DNA from: a virus
Taxonomy: Duplodnaviria > Caudoviricetes
Length of the DNA: 56,714 bases
Strand: one strand, 5' to 3'
IMG/VR virus record: IMGVR_UViG_3300030104_007656
Span: 1-56,714 of that record
The position numbers were made by a program, and so were the translations under genes. This document shows positions 1 to 10,700 of the stretch, in pieces; positions within the stretch are counted from its first letter, which is position 1; each line of letters begins with the position of its first letter. Below the pieces are notes generated by a model, which saw nothing but the letters and a program-made list of their open reading frames with translations, was not told where the DNA came from and ran no database searches.

Positions 1-3000
1 GGCCCCTGCATAGGAACACTTTGACGGTAAGGAAGAATACTATCTTCATGAAGATTAGTTAGTGATATACCAGTAAGTCCGGAACTGTTGAGTCCAGCAT
101 TATATCCTGATACGATGCTAGAACTTATCGCAGTAAACGGAGTAATCTGACTACCCTTGTAGAGGTTGCCGTCTTTGGTTGCTCGGAAAGCTACTTCTCT
201 TTTTTCGTTCGGAACATCTTCATCTGTACAATCCGGAAATGCTTCAAATCTGTCAAAAGTTAAATCACGGAATCTTCGCTTCTTGTTGAGGTACTGATTA
301 ATGCCGCCATAATAAGGAGGTATCAACTTGGCGGAAATACAGACAACAGAGTTTGCACCCCTTTGAGTGGCTTTCTGATCTGTGGCAACAGTGTGAGGAG
401 GTCCAATTTCTCTGGACCAGGCATTTAGGACAGCTTTTCTGGTTGCCAATATACCATCAGAATCAGCGACAAGCGGTGGGACGTTTCTCTCGGCTCTTGT
501 CTGCCACCAAACACAGTTTTCATTTTGATTGCCGCTTACTGGATGATGGTTTTTTGCCCAGCCTGGAATATCCAGACATATTGTACCTCTTGGTGCTCCG
601 AGAAGTCCGCCAGGTCCGCCAGGCTTACGATCTCTAAGTATTGAGATCTTATGTTGAATTTTCGGACGCTCAAGAACATGGTTCTCAACAATTTTACGAA
701 CATCAGATGCGTGACGAGCAGATTCAGGGAAAAACTCTTCAATCACCTGACTCATTGAAGTGTCTAACCATTTATAATAATCAATGTATTTTTCTAAGTC
801 GGGAATATCGTTTCTTACTTTGCGGAAGAAAATCTCTCTAACTTTTTCCATTCGCTTGTAATTTAAGCGATACTTGTTTACTGGCTCACCAATAAGGTTA
901 TTAAAATCTTCAATACTAGCAAACAATTCAAGCATCCTATTAGAGATGCTCCGATACATGGACCTTTCTACAGCAAAGTAGAATGTTTCTGGGCGAGTGT
1001 AAATCCCAAAAGTTTGCTCGTCAGAATTGAGAGCTTGAACCATCTCTTCGCCGCCAACATATTCAGGAACCTGAAGTTTGCTGGTATGAATATAAGCTTT
1101 TCGGACTGGTGTTGAACTAGCAGCAAAGAAATCACCACGTCCAGAATGTTGTCGTAAGTTGATATTACTAAACATTGCTTTCTGGTATTGGCTTGGGTAA
1201 TCCGCAGCAACGGAACCAGAAGAGAAATCCTGAACAACAAAACGACCTGAAGCATCACTTCCTGTAATATTTCCGAAATCCCAGTTTAAGGCTAGCGTTT
1301 GAATGCGAGGTATGTAGACATTTGGATTCTGAGCCTGGAAAGAATAAGCATTCCTATATGGACGGAGGCGTCCGTGGGTATCTGCCTCTTTAGCCTGAAG
1401 ATCTAAGGTTCCGGATGGAAAGTAGTCTGTCCAGAATCTTACACTAGAAGCGCGAACATCTGTCTTGTCTAATAAGCTGCCTGTAAAGTTTGTTCTATGA
1501 GCACCAATATAAATTCTCTTGTTTGACTCTATGATTGGAGCAGCATCATTATAAGTCATAGATGTACTGGCTAGGAAGCTATTTCTTTTAACTCCTGTAT
1601 CATAATTTACGCCATAAAGTTCTAAAGTATATCCATCTGTTGATACTGATGCGCCGTTGATAGCATCTGTAAAAGGATATTTTGTTGGGCGCAAAGATAA
1701 AGTAAAGTTCCACTTTTGATTATCATATACGTCATTGAATATAGAGCTTGATAAAAGCGTCGTGCCGGCACGATTCTTAACAACAAAATAAGCATCTCTA
1801 ACCCGATAATCAGGAGAATAAACTTTAGGATATTCCCCTGGAGATCTGATTGCATATATTTGAAGACCATGGTCATTGCCCGCGGTCTGCCACGTCATAT
1901 CTGTAGAAGTTTGATCCGAATCAAAAGGGGTATGGAAACCCATTATAGAAGATGTTACAACCCTCGGCATTATGTAAGGCAGTAATTCTGGATTGTCTTT
2001 ATCTGGGAAAACTATTTCACTTTGTAAAGAGAAAGCAAACTCTTCAAGATTTACTGATCCTGTTACAAATCCTTTTGAATTAGTATTAGTAGAATCTGGA
2101 TACTGATAAACACTTGCATTTACATCTGCCTGGTTTAATAGTCCTGTAAAATCTGCAAACTTCTTGGTACTTGTTGTGGAAATATAATTGCTCTTGACTT
2201 CAAAGTCTGAATTATCAGGATATGTGTTAAGAGCTATTATTTCCTCGTCAACACCCAAGCAGCGAATAAAATTCCGAATTGATTTTTCTGTACCCTTGGA
2301 TTTCAAAATGAAACTAAGGTTATTATAAATGTTCTTATAAATTGAATTCTTAACTTCTACGAGTCTCTGTTCAAAATTTATTTGCTCATCTCTTTGTAGG
2401 AACTGCTGTAATGTGCCGGCATTCTGGAAGAACTCGGGCATCTCTAGTCCCATGGATTCAACTAGGCGGTCATTGTAAGGATATTCGTTAATAGATCCTG
2501 TAGCACTGCCGCTAATATATCTTACATGGCGAAGCTGCCTGAGAGCCGTCAGTTGATTATAAAGAGTATCAAAATAGCTGGAGAGTATTTGTGTAACATT
2601 TACAATCTCATTTTCGCCGTTTTCTTCTTCTTCAATTATCCAATTAGGAAGATGGTTCAATAAGCGAGCATTGTTATTATAATCATAATTGCTACCAGTC
2701 AAAATATAACCGGCTTTTGTACTCACATAAAGAGGGTTAGAAGTTCTGACAATTGGGTCGCCGACCTCTTTTACCGACTCTAAATTCAAGGAATCAATTG
2801 CTGAAGCTGTGTTTCTACTATAAGTTGGGCTGTATCCTGTAAACGCACCGTTAGACAAGCGTCCAGAATAATCTAAACACACACTATCAATACTAGAAGT
2901 CTGAGTAATACCTTCGTTAAACTTTAGATAAACACCCAAACCAACGTTCGCGTCATATTTGTCTGTGCCACCGCCGACGTTATCAAACCAGTATCTTCCA

Positions 3001-4013
3001 ATTTGTTCATCATTGCGATTAGTTTTCCAGAACCTAAACTCATCAACAGAAGCTGACAGCTTACCATAACCCTGGACTGCCCCTGGAAGACCTGAAATAT
3101 CTGTTCTAAGAGCACCGATATTACCAATCATTGATCCAGTGACTAGTCCAATTGTTGCAGCTACAGCCGGCGGAATAGCTGTTTGAACACAGGCACCATT
3201 CACGAAGAAATCAATTGTAGGGCTGGACCCAGAAGTATTAAATACAAATGAGAAGTTTCGGAAAACTCCGTCTGAAATATTTATGCCGCCGGTTGTAGGG
3301 ACTGAAACTCCATCAAATCCATGAGAGCCCGACTTCATTGTTACATAAAATCTGTCCTCTGTGCCGCTTCTTAATTCAATCCTTAATCTGCCGTACTGAT
3401 CAGATGTGGTGGATGCGCCATTCCAAAGGTCAAAAATAACTTGACGTTCTGATGATGTTGAGGCATCAATTTCTGAGTTCTTCTTTAAAAAGAATTCAAC
3501 CGAGCTACCGCTTGGTCCGCCGAATTCTAGATTAGAGGTTCTATTTTTAGATTCTTTATAGATGGATCCTGAATGGGGTCCGCCTTTGATTTGAATATAT
3601 TCTGCCGAGGAAGAAAAATATCCAGAAGCATGTGAACTTATAGCTCCATAATTTGCACCGATAGTAACATATCCTGTAGATGTTGGATATACATCTTCAA
3701 GGATATACTTTTCTAAAGGGTTTATCTTATTATAAAAGCCGACTCTTTCTAAAATTGATCCATCATATGGATAATAGTTGGCAATATAATTGAAAGCGTT
3801 ATTATAATATTGTTCAGCCGAGCCGAACTTGACAAAGCTTTCTGGATTTGAATAATCAATAGGGGGAAGAAAATATTTCTGTTTTTGCACAGAAGCAGAC
3901 AGATGAGCTTCAGACTCTATTCCATCACCTAGGGTATCAGGCGCACTAAGTTTTAGGAATTTTCCGACAGTAACAAGTTGTTGGTTATTGTCAAATAGTT
4001 TTTTTACACTCAT
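1..4013 (-). CDS. Large virion structural protein (baseplate wedge/tail, LamG-like domain), 3'-truncated by the window edge
   Basis: Absent from the ORF track, consistent with no stop before the edge. ATG at 4013 overlaps the upstream TGA (ATGA). Hand translation: MSVKKLFDNNQQ...; in-frame checks give LSASVDEFRFWKTNRNDEQ (LamG-like), YKNIYNNLSFILKSKGTEKS (baseplate-wedge-like) and ...SILPYRQSVPMQG at the edge. Length >1330 aa. Confidence 0.85.
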   Translation of the reverse strand, partial: MSVKKLFDNNQQLVTVGKFLKLSAPDTLGDGIESEAHLSASVQKQKYFLPPIDYSNPESFVKFGSAEQYYNNAFNYIANYYPYDGSILERVGFYNKINPLEKYILEDVYPTSTGYVTIGANYGAISSHASGYFSSSAEYIQIKGGPHSGSIYKESKNRTSNLEFGGPSGSSVEFFLKKNSEIDASTSSERQVIFDLWNGASTTSDQYGRLRIELRSGTEDRFYVTMKSGSHGFDGVSVPTTGGINISDGVFRNFSFVFNTSGSSPTIDFFVNGACVQTAIPPAVAATIGLVTGSMIGNIGALRTDISGLPGAVQGYGKLSASVDEFRFWKTNRNDEQIGRYWFDNVGGGTDKYDANVGLGVYLKFNEGITQTSSIDSVCLDYSGRLSNGAFTGYSPTYSRNTASAIDSLNLESVKEVGDPIVRTSNPLYVSTKAGYILTGSNYDYNNNARLLNHLPNWIIEEEENGENEIVNVTQILSSYFDTLYNQLTALRQLRHVRYISGSATGSINEYPYNDRLVESMGLEMPEFFQNAGTLQQFLQRDEQINFEQRLVEVKNSIYKNIYNNLSFILKSKGTEKSIRNFIRCLGVDEEIIALNTYPDNSDFEVKSNYISTTSTKKFADFTGLLNQADVNASVYQYPDSTNTNSKGFVTGSVNLEEFAFSLQSEIVFPDKDNPELLPYIMPRVVTSSIMGFHTPFDSDQTSTDMTWQTAGNDHGLQIYAIRSPGEYPKVYSPDYRVRDAYFVVKNRAGTTLLSSSIFNDVYDNQKWNFTLSLRPTKYPFTDAINGASVSTDGYTLELYGVNYDTGVKRNSFLASTSMTYNDAAPIIESNKRIYIGAHRTNFTGSLLDKTDVRASSVRFWTDYFPSGTLDLQAKEADTHGRLRPYRNAYSFQAQNPNVYIPRIQTLALNWDFGNITGSDASGRFVVQDFSSGSVAADYPSQYQKAMFSNINLRQHSGRGDFFAASSTPVRKAYIHTSKLQVPEYVGGEEMVQALNSDEQTFGIYTRPETFYFAVERSMYRSISNRMLELFASIEDFNNLIGEPVNKYRLNYKRMEKVREIFFRKVRNDIPDLEKYIDYYKWLDTSMSQVIEEFFPESARHASDVRKIVENHVLERPKIQHKISILRDRKPGGPGGLLGAPRGTICLDIPGWAKNHHPVSGNQNENCVWWQTRAERNVPPLVADSDGILATRKAVLNAWSREIGPPHTVATDQKATQRGANSVVCISAKLIPPYYGGINQYLNKKRRFRDLTFDRFEAFPDCTDEDVPNEKREVAFRATKDGNLYKGSQITPFTAISSSIVSGYNAGLNSSGLTGISLTNLHEDSILPYRQSVPMQG

Positions 4014-5527
4014 TTATCTTCTTCTTTAATTTTGAATTTGAACACCTCTGGTTGTTCAACATACTCACCCTGTAAATAGTAAGCAAATGTAATTCCATAT
4101 GCATATCCTGGCTCAAGGTAGGAAGTATCTAATTCAAAATAATTACCGCTCACGTCGTATGAGAGACGACTGAAGTAGTTGTTAGCACTTCCTGTGCCAA
4201 ATGGGATGACCTCCAAATCATCAACAACTCTATGAATACGGTAATAAGAATCTTCTATAACATCTGGGAGTGTTTCCGCTGTTGCTACTGTGTAAATGTT
4301 GGGGTTCCAATTTTTCTTTCTGGAGAAAACCCGAAGGTTCGGGGTTTGACCTTGTGTATAAGAATCTTCTAAATTTGTTATAGAAGTAATATATTCTTCA
4401 CGATATAAGCCATCAATAGTTCCAAATGTTTTAGGCTCGTAAGATGCTGTGTAGAAGTTTACTCTGGAGACGCCAGAACCTGTGTGCCAAACATCAAACA
4501 CTGTATCAAGAGAACTCGTACTTGCGAATGAAGCTGTATAAACACCTGTTATCGTTGCTCCATTTTCTCTTAAGACACCAGCAGCAATACTTGTTGCAGC
4601 AGTGCCGCCCGGCTTAACAAGACTAAGTGCAGTTCCAGTAGGTTCTGAACTTCCTGAATATAGGTCCACTGTCAAGGTTTGGTTAGATAACCCTGGGAGG
4701 TCCTGAAGTTGTCCTCTCACTATATTGTAGAGATATAATGTGTTTAGGTTGTTTGCTGCGCTCGCGACACTACTACTAACAAAAAAGGTGCCACGGTTGT
4801 CTTTTCTTGTAGAATCCCAACGTGCTTCAAGAGTTGGTCGGTAATGAAAATATTCACTAGTCCTAGAGAAGAACTTCTTGGTGTACATTGTTTCCGAACC
4901 AGACACTACTGCATCTGGGAATTTTACAAGAAACCCATAATTTGCCTCTCCACCTACAGCATCCAACCACTTATAAACTTGATCAGAAACATCAAGAGAT
5001 AGGTTCTCTAACCCTGTTTGAAAAGAAAATGTTTTCTTGGTCGCAGCGGGTGCTAAAAATGTTCCACCTGCCTGTGTCCATGTTGAACCGGCGGCAGAAG
5101 ATAACCAACTAGAAGCCCCAAGGTCAGAATAGTTTTCCATATCCAAACCGTAACCTTCGTTCCAAGTTTCGGACAACATATAAACATCCAAAGAAAAATC
5201 TCTAGGTGCTGTGTTGCCATGAGGAGCATTATAAAGGTTTAGATAAAATTTGATACTTCCCGTATCTGCTGGCAAGATACCACTTGCCATATCTGATGTT
5301 ATTGTGGCTATTGGGAACTGGATGATGAAACGGCTCTGTTCTGCGTTTGTTGCGTTGCCGGCAGATGGAGTTGTTGTAACAGAAGCAGACGTCTGTCCAT
5401 GGACGACAAATGCCTCAAGAATATCAGCAGCGCCCATATTTGACTCTTGAGCACGGTTTATCAAATTGCTCTTAAATGCGTTTGTTAATGTATTGTCTTT
5501 GTCGGCGTAATATTTTTTGATAGCCAT
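4010..5527 (-). CDS. Virion structural protein, DNRLRE/disaggregatase-like N-terminal domain
   Basis: 505 aa, Ser/Thr/Gly-rich. YADKDNTL..SNMGAADILE, ETWNEGYG, NYGFLVK and FFSRTSEY..RPTLEARWD motifs. Lies in the baseplate operon. Confidence 0.65.
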   Translation of the reverse strand: MAIKKYYADKDNTLTNAFKSNLINRAQESNMGAADILEAFVVHGQTSASVTTTPSAGNATNAEQSRFIIQFPIATITSDMASGILPADTGSIKFYLNLYNAPHGNTAPRDFSLDVYMLSETWNEGYGLDMENYSDLGASSWLSSAAGSTWTQAGGTFLAPAATKKTFSFQTGLENLSLDVSDQVYKWLDAVGGEANYGFLVKFPDAVVSGSETMYTKKFFSRTSEYFHYRPTLEARWDSTRKDNRGTFFVSSSVASAANNLNTLYLYNIVRGQLQDLPGLSNQTLTVDLYSGSSEPTGTALSLVKPGGTAATSIAAGVLRENGATITGVYTASFASTSSLDTVFDVWHTGSGVSRVNFYTASYEPKTFGTIDGLYREEYITSITNLEDSYTQGQTPNLRVFSRKKNWNPNIYTVATAETLPDVIEDSYYRIHRVVDDLEVIPFGTGSANNYFSRLSYDVSGNYFELDTSYLEPGYAYGITFAYYLQGEYVEQPEVFKFKIKEEDK

Positions 5528-5528
5528 C

Positions 5529-7322
5529 TTAGATCACTGCTCCTATGATATCTGTATCTGGTAACAACACTTCAGCAGCAGCGTCTTCAGGTAGTACCAA
5601 GAATCTTCCATCATCAGAAAGATTGGAATCAATATCAAATCTATAATTACTATAAACTCCACCAACATTATTAACAAGCTCTACTTCGGTTGTATCCACA
5701 ACGCCAGGGACCTCATTCAATAATTTGTAAATTTGAGAAATATAAATAGCCTCTCCGATATTGAATTTGATATTGATATATTCGTCTTTTAATTTCTGTA
5801 TACATGCATCAAGCAATTCATAGCGGTTGATATCTAGTGCCGGCAAAACCTTGAACTTGATACCGATATTGATTACTTTACCATTTAATACATCTATAGT
5901 ATCGTTGATCATTCTGTATTTGTTTAGCCAAACTCTTGTATTTTCTTTAAGATTCATGTTTGGTTCAATTAAATCGCCATTAGAATTTTCAGATAGAAGA
6001 TAAACATTGAGGTTTCGCTTTAGAGAATCTACATCACGAACAACATTAGCACGCTTGACTTTGCCAAACTTTGAAGGCATACGATAAATAAGGTTGATAT
6101 AATCTACACGAGTAACGGCGCGGTTCTGGGATGCAAAAGTTCCGAAAGCTCTTTCTCTTATTTCTTCTGCTGTCAGAATGCTGGTATCTCCCAATATTGG
6201 ATTCTCGTTCTCTACTTCCAAAGATGTCATGACTCCATTTACCAAGTTTAGATCTAACGAGCCCTGGTTCTTAAAGGAGAAAAGAGGCGAAATTACTTCA
6301 TTCAGTCCGTTGACAGCAATATTGATTTGATCTGATGTGTTGGCAGCATATTCAATCGTCAGTGTTGTATTAGTTGGGACAACACCAAATTTATCTGTTT
6401 GGATTAGATTTGTGGGATCAAAAGTCTGGTCTGTTACATGTGTGCGACCATTCACATCTAAAACAACGTCTGCTGGGTCTGCAACGACATCTGTTGTGAT
6501 GTTGTCCTGAGATCCATAACCAAATTGAATATAAGTGTCTCCGTCTGCTTCAAATTCAGTTACAAACCTGCGAGGCACTGGCTTGAGCTTCATGATATAA
6601 GGCACTACTTCACGATCGGCAGATGTATTTTGAAATTCTTTTATAATAACATCTTGTGTGAGGAAATCAACTTCGTAATATTCATTGCCTTGACTATCTT
6701 TTACGGAAATAACTTCACTGATATTTCCTTGTTCTATGTTGATTCTTAGAAATCTTTCATAGTCAGTTACGGTTGTCACTTGTTCATATACTTGTCCAGA
6801 TACAACCTGTCCAAAAGCCTTGATAGCAAAAAACGTTGGATTACCCGTGGAATCATCAACACGAGCAACCGTGACCTCATTATTAGGATTAGTGAAATCC
6901 ACAGGCTCTATCAGAGTAAATGCAGACCCATTCTTTGATGAAATAAGGCTGCCTCTTTGTAATATTGGAAAATAATCTAAGTCAGGTCCACGAGAATTTG
7001 GATCAGCAGGAACAATAATATAAAAAGATGCGAGTCCTGTAGATTTAGCCGCGCCAGGGGTTTTATACCCCAGTGTATTTGAAAGCCTGTTGACATTCTC
7101 GTAAGTTATAGCACTGTCTAGAAAACTTTCATTTGCTTGGAAGTCTGCGTAAAAAGATAACTGGTCGCCAACATAAGCAACCATATCCATCATCAAAGAG
7201 CCAAAAGAAGCTTCAGTAAAATCTTTAAAAGTTGTAGGATAATACCTTTCGGCATAGTTCACCAAATCTTGTTTGATGGAATCAAAATCTCTACTAGTAT
7301 AGTTTATCGGTCTTTTTGCCAT
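5529..7322 (-). CDS. Baseplate wedge subunit, T4 gp6 / baseplate J-like
   Basis: INYTSRDFDSIKQDL...DFTEASFG...YVGDQLSFY..QANESFL N-terminus and QNRAVTRVDY motif, both typical of gp6-like proteins. Confidence 0.9.
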   Translation of the reverse strand: MAKRPINYTSRDFDSIKQDLVNYAERYYPTTFKDFTEASFGSLMMDMVAYVGDQLSFYADFQANESFLDSAITYENVNRLSNTLGYKTPGAAKSTGLASFYIIVPADPNSRGPDLDYFPILQRGSLISSKNGSAFTLIEPVDFTNPNNEVTVARVDDSTGNPTFFAIKAFGQVVSGQVYEQVTTVTDYERFLRINIEQGNISEVISVKDSQGNEYYEVDFLTQDVIIKEFQNTSADREVVPYIMKLKPVPRRFVTEFEADGDTYIQFGYGSQDNITTDVVADPADVVLDVNGRTHVTDQTFDPTNLIQTDKFGVVPTNTTLTIEYAANTSDQINIAVNGLNEVISPLFSFKNQGSLDLNLVNGVMTSLEVENENPILGDTSILTAEEIRERAFGTFASQNRAVTRVDYINLIYRMPSKFGKVKRANVVRDVDSLKRNLNVYLLSENSNGDLIEPNMNLKENTRVWLNKYRMINDTIDVLNGKVINIGIKFKVLPALDINRYELLDACIQKLKDEYINIKFNIGEAIYISQIYKLLNEVPGVVDTTEVELVNNVGGVYSNYRFDIDSNLSDDGRFLVLPEDAAAEVLLPDTDIIGAVI

Positions 7323-7345
7323 AATATTTGTACTCGCCTCGTCTT

Positions 7346-7750
7346 TTAACTAGTCATTGTTGATGTTATTATTAATTGATCTTCCTCATCATATGGTAAG
7401 ATATTATATGTGATAATGACCCTAACCTCATTAAAGTCCATAGTGGGGTCCTCATCTGAGGTTGTAAAGTTGACTGAAACTAAATTTACCGCTGGTGCAT
7501 ACATGTCTGTTTGTTCTGCCACCCTGGTGGCTATCTCCTGAAATGTGGACGGACCAACGTTTTCAAATAGAAGATTATAAATACCCACACCAAAATTAGG
7601 AATCATGACTCTCTCGCCGGGTGATGTTAGGACAATGTTTTTGAAGTTCTGCTTAACAACCTCTTTGAGAGTCTTATTTAGACGATATGGTCCATCAGTC
7701 TTGTCATAGACTAGAGGGATTTTTGGTGATATTCCTTGTCTTTTTGTCAT
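7346..7750 (-). CDS. Baseplate wedge protein, gp25/GPW family
   Basis: 134 aa. KQNFKNIVLTSPGERVMIPNFGVGI..LLFE signature; adjacent to the gp6-like gene. Confidence 0.9.
   Translation of the reverse strand: MTKRQGISPKIPLVYDKTDGPYRLNKTLKEVVKQNFKNIVLTSPGERVMIPNFGVGIYNLLFENVGPSTFQEIATRVAEQTDMYAPAVNLVSVNFTTSDEDPTMDFNEVRVIITYNILPYDEEDQLIITSTMTS
7347..7353 (-). promoter_or_regulatory. Putative phage late promoter motif (CTAGTTA)
   Basis: TAnTTA motif about 25 nt upstream of the gp6-like start. The same motif recurs upstream of many genes. Confidence 0.4.
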
Positions 7751-10700
7751 GATATAAGTAGGGCTTCTAATCTTCTTTTTTCGTCGGGAGCTTGCTGTCG
7801 GCGTTTGTACAGATTATAATTGTTTCCTTCAGCCTTGGGGTTTAAAGTAGCAAAATTGGCTAAATCCTCAAACACCTCTTCAAAACTAGGGGAAAGACTT
7901 CCGTTTCGCAGACCGTTTACAAATTGCAATGCCACATAATATTTATAATCTTCTTCGCCTATAACTGGTGTATAGTCTTGACTAAACATCCCCATTATAG
8001 TTGCAGCCACGTTTCTCAGTGTCAACTCCGCCTGGGGAGGGTTTTGTTGGTATTTCCAATACACGTTTTGCGCCGCAAAAGTGACGGTTTCAAATACTTC
8101 TCGCGGCGTATCTATACCACCCCAGCGAGCAAAAAATTCTGGCCATGTTCTTCGAAGTACAGAAGACCATTCATTATATATTGTTGCCTCCAATACCTCA
8201 ATACGATCAAGAACATCTTGATTTGTATAATACATCACCTCTATTCCTTCCCATGTAACAACTGGTACTGGATATCTTTGTATCTCGTCTTGGTATTTTG
8301 TAACAACTTGTTCTGTTAGATTACTCAATAACGAATCATCAGCCGCTGAAATTTCTATCTGAGTTCTTACACGACCGGACTTGAATCTCTTAGTAAGGTC
8401 CACGACTCTATCATAGGATATCAAATATAATCCAATAAACGGCGCTAGAGGTAAATAATAGGTTCCATATTCATAACCTTTCTGTGTTAGTCGGTAAGTA
8501 TCGGTATCGCCGATTTTCTCAGTCAGAGTTTCGGATATGAAGGTTATTGCTGCGGTGGCTTGATCTACTGTTAGATCAAAACTCTCCGGTTCGGCTTCAA
8601 GTCCTAGTTGTAATTCTTTATAAAAAGCCAATAAAACTCTTTCATAACGGTTGAGTGTTACCCGCGCCTCGGGGTCGGCAAAGATTGATTTATTGATCCC
8701 TGAAGAGTTGGTTGCTCCGTCGTTGGCTATAATATTCAACATACTATCATAAGTTTTCCCTATGAGTTCTTTTATAAAATCTTTTGGTGTTTGAATATCA
8801 CTAAAATGTAAATTATTTTCTGGGACGTCTCCGAAAACTTTTTGCAGTACCAACGCTTTATCATACATTAGGTAAGTCAAACTTTTATTTTCAAGTTCTT
8901 CAAGGATTTTACGATACAGATAATCGTCAATCATTTTCCTTGTAGCAAGACTATTCCAATGAGGATATACTCTGGTCAAAGGAACAACATTCATAAAAAA
9001 GTATTGTAGTCTTGATTGAATACACATAACAATAGACTGAGCTATCATAACTTCTTCGTTTGTTACGCACACATCGTCATTGACTATAAAAGGGGGTTTA
9101 TTTGTAGCTCTGATATAGGCTAATAATCCGGATCTTTTATCCGACCTAATATATTGATCATTTATTTGTTCGTCAATAAATTCGGTATAATTACCAATAG
9201 ACATGCTGTCTCTATTCCCGCCGAGTTTGGAGTCGGTTTCGGTAAAGGCCGTTACCGGCGTGTCCTGATTTGGACTGGTATCAGTTTCAACAACCCCAGA
9301 TGGAACTATCATGTCGTCAGCAAGGCGGTTGCCAACACTGCCGTAAACGAGCCGCCAACTAATAACCCCATGCATGACATTATTGACTAAGTGGTTCACT
9401 AATTTGTTCGCTCTTGGCGGCATAAGTGGCGTCTCTTCACTTTCTGCAAATTCTCCTTCTACTAAGGGTCCTCCTGTAAATTCTCCTCCGACCTGTCTGC
9501 TTCTAATTCCAGAAAAAAGTCTGTGATAGTCAATGTTGCCAACTCCTTCTTCTGTGTCTCCCGGTTGGGGTCTATACTCTGATAATATTTTCCATCTTCT
9601 TTCAAAAGGATTTTCGCCGGGGGCTGGAGATTCTTTTTTCTTCTTTATATTTGTAAGGACGCGAATCCCGCCGTCGGAAGGGTTAGATGAAACCATGAAA
9701 CAATACGGAAATCCGCCACCGTATAGGTATTGATCAGGTGGAACGACTTCATTTTGCTCATCAAAATATTGCATCAATTTTTTATGCAGCTTCTCATAAA
9801 GAACTGGCAAATCACCATTTCCTTCCTCTTGAGTAATTTCAACAAGATCATTACGAAGCGGCGTCGGTGCGGTTCTCACAGAATAAGAAGCTTCTTGATC
9901 ATCAATATCAGAAAAAACGTCCCAATAACTAAACCAAGGATCCTTTAGTTTTTCAGGTGCAGGATAGGGTAAGTTAACTCGTGATCTTTTGTGTCCGACG
10001 CGCCATGCCGGGGCTGGGGCACGGTAAGAGAAAAAACCATCTTTCATGGCGCGAGCTTGAGCTACCATGATGCGTTGAGAAATCAATTTACGAACAGAAT
10101 AGAAAAGATCCTGACCAATGGCTGTTGTATATAAATTAAATGTAGGATCTTCTGCGTCTTTTGGTGGTTCGCTAAATAACTTATCCCATAAATCAGCGAT
10201 TGTTTGCCACAATGCCTCCGAGAACTCTGCGATTGTTTGAAGGATTTCATTATACCCCTCCATTATAGGGAGGCTGTTTATTAGTTCTAGGATTTTTATT
10301 TCTATATTTTCCAATCCGCGGAGCCAATCACACATGGTATTTATTTTTGCTATTTTATCCTGTGCCAAACTAATGTATTGGGATTCTAATTGTTCTTTGC
10401 TGATATCAAGTCCCAAAGTGTCTAAACTTGTTTCACGACCGGCACAATATGCCTCTAATGGTGAGAATGTAAATTTAGCTAATTCCTCAGCATTTTCATC
10501 ACGCATCTTATCCCCAAGTTTTATAAAGAAGTCTTGGATTTTTTCAACTGAGAATTTTATGTCTCCATATACTGTTGGGTCAATTGTCCTTGTTTCATTC
10601 GCTTCATCTTCAGGGTCTGTGTTTGGATCTGCGGGAAAAGTGATTACTCCATCCTGTACGGTCTCTAATATCAATTCATAAAGAGTATTGTCTCCGTCAC

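Noticed and set aside
353-3127. Short ORFs listed in the first 4 kb
   Set aside because: All lie inside the large minus-strand structural gene.
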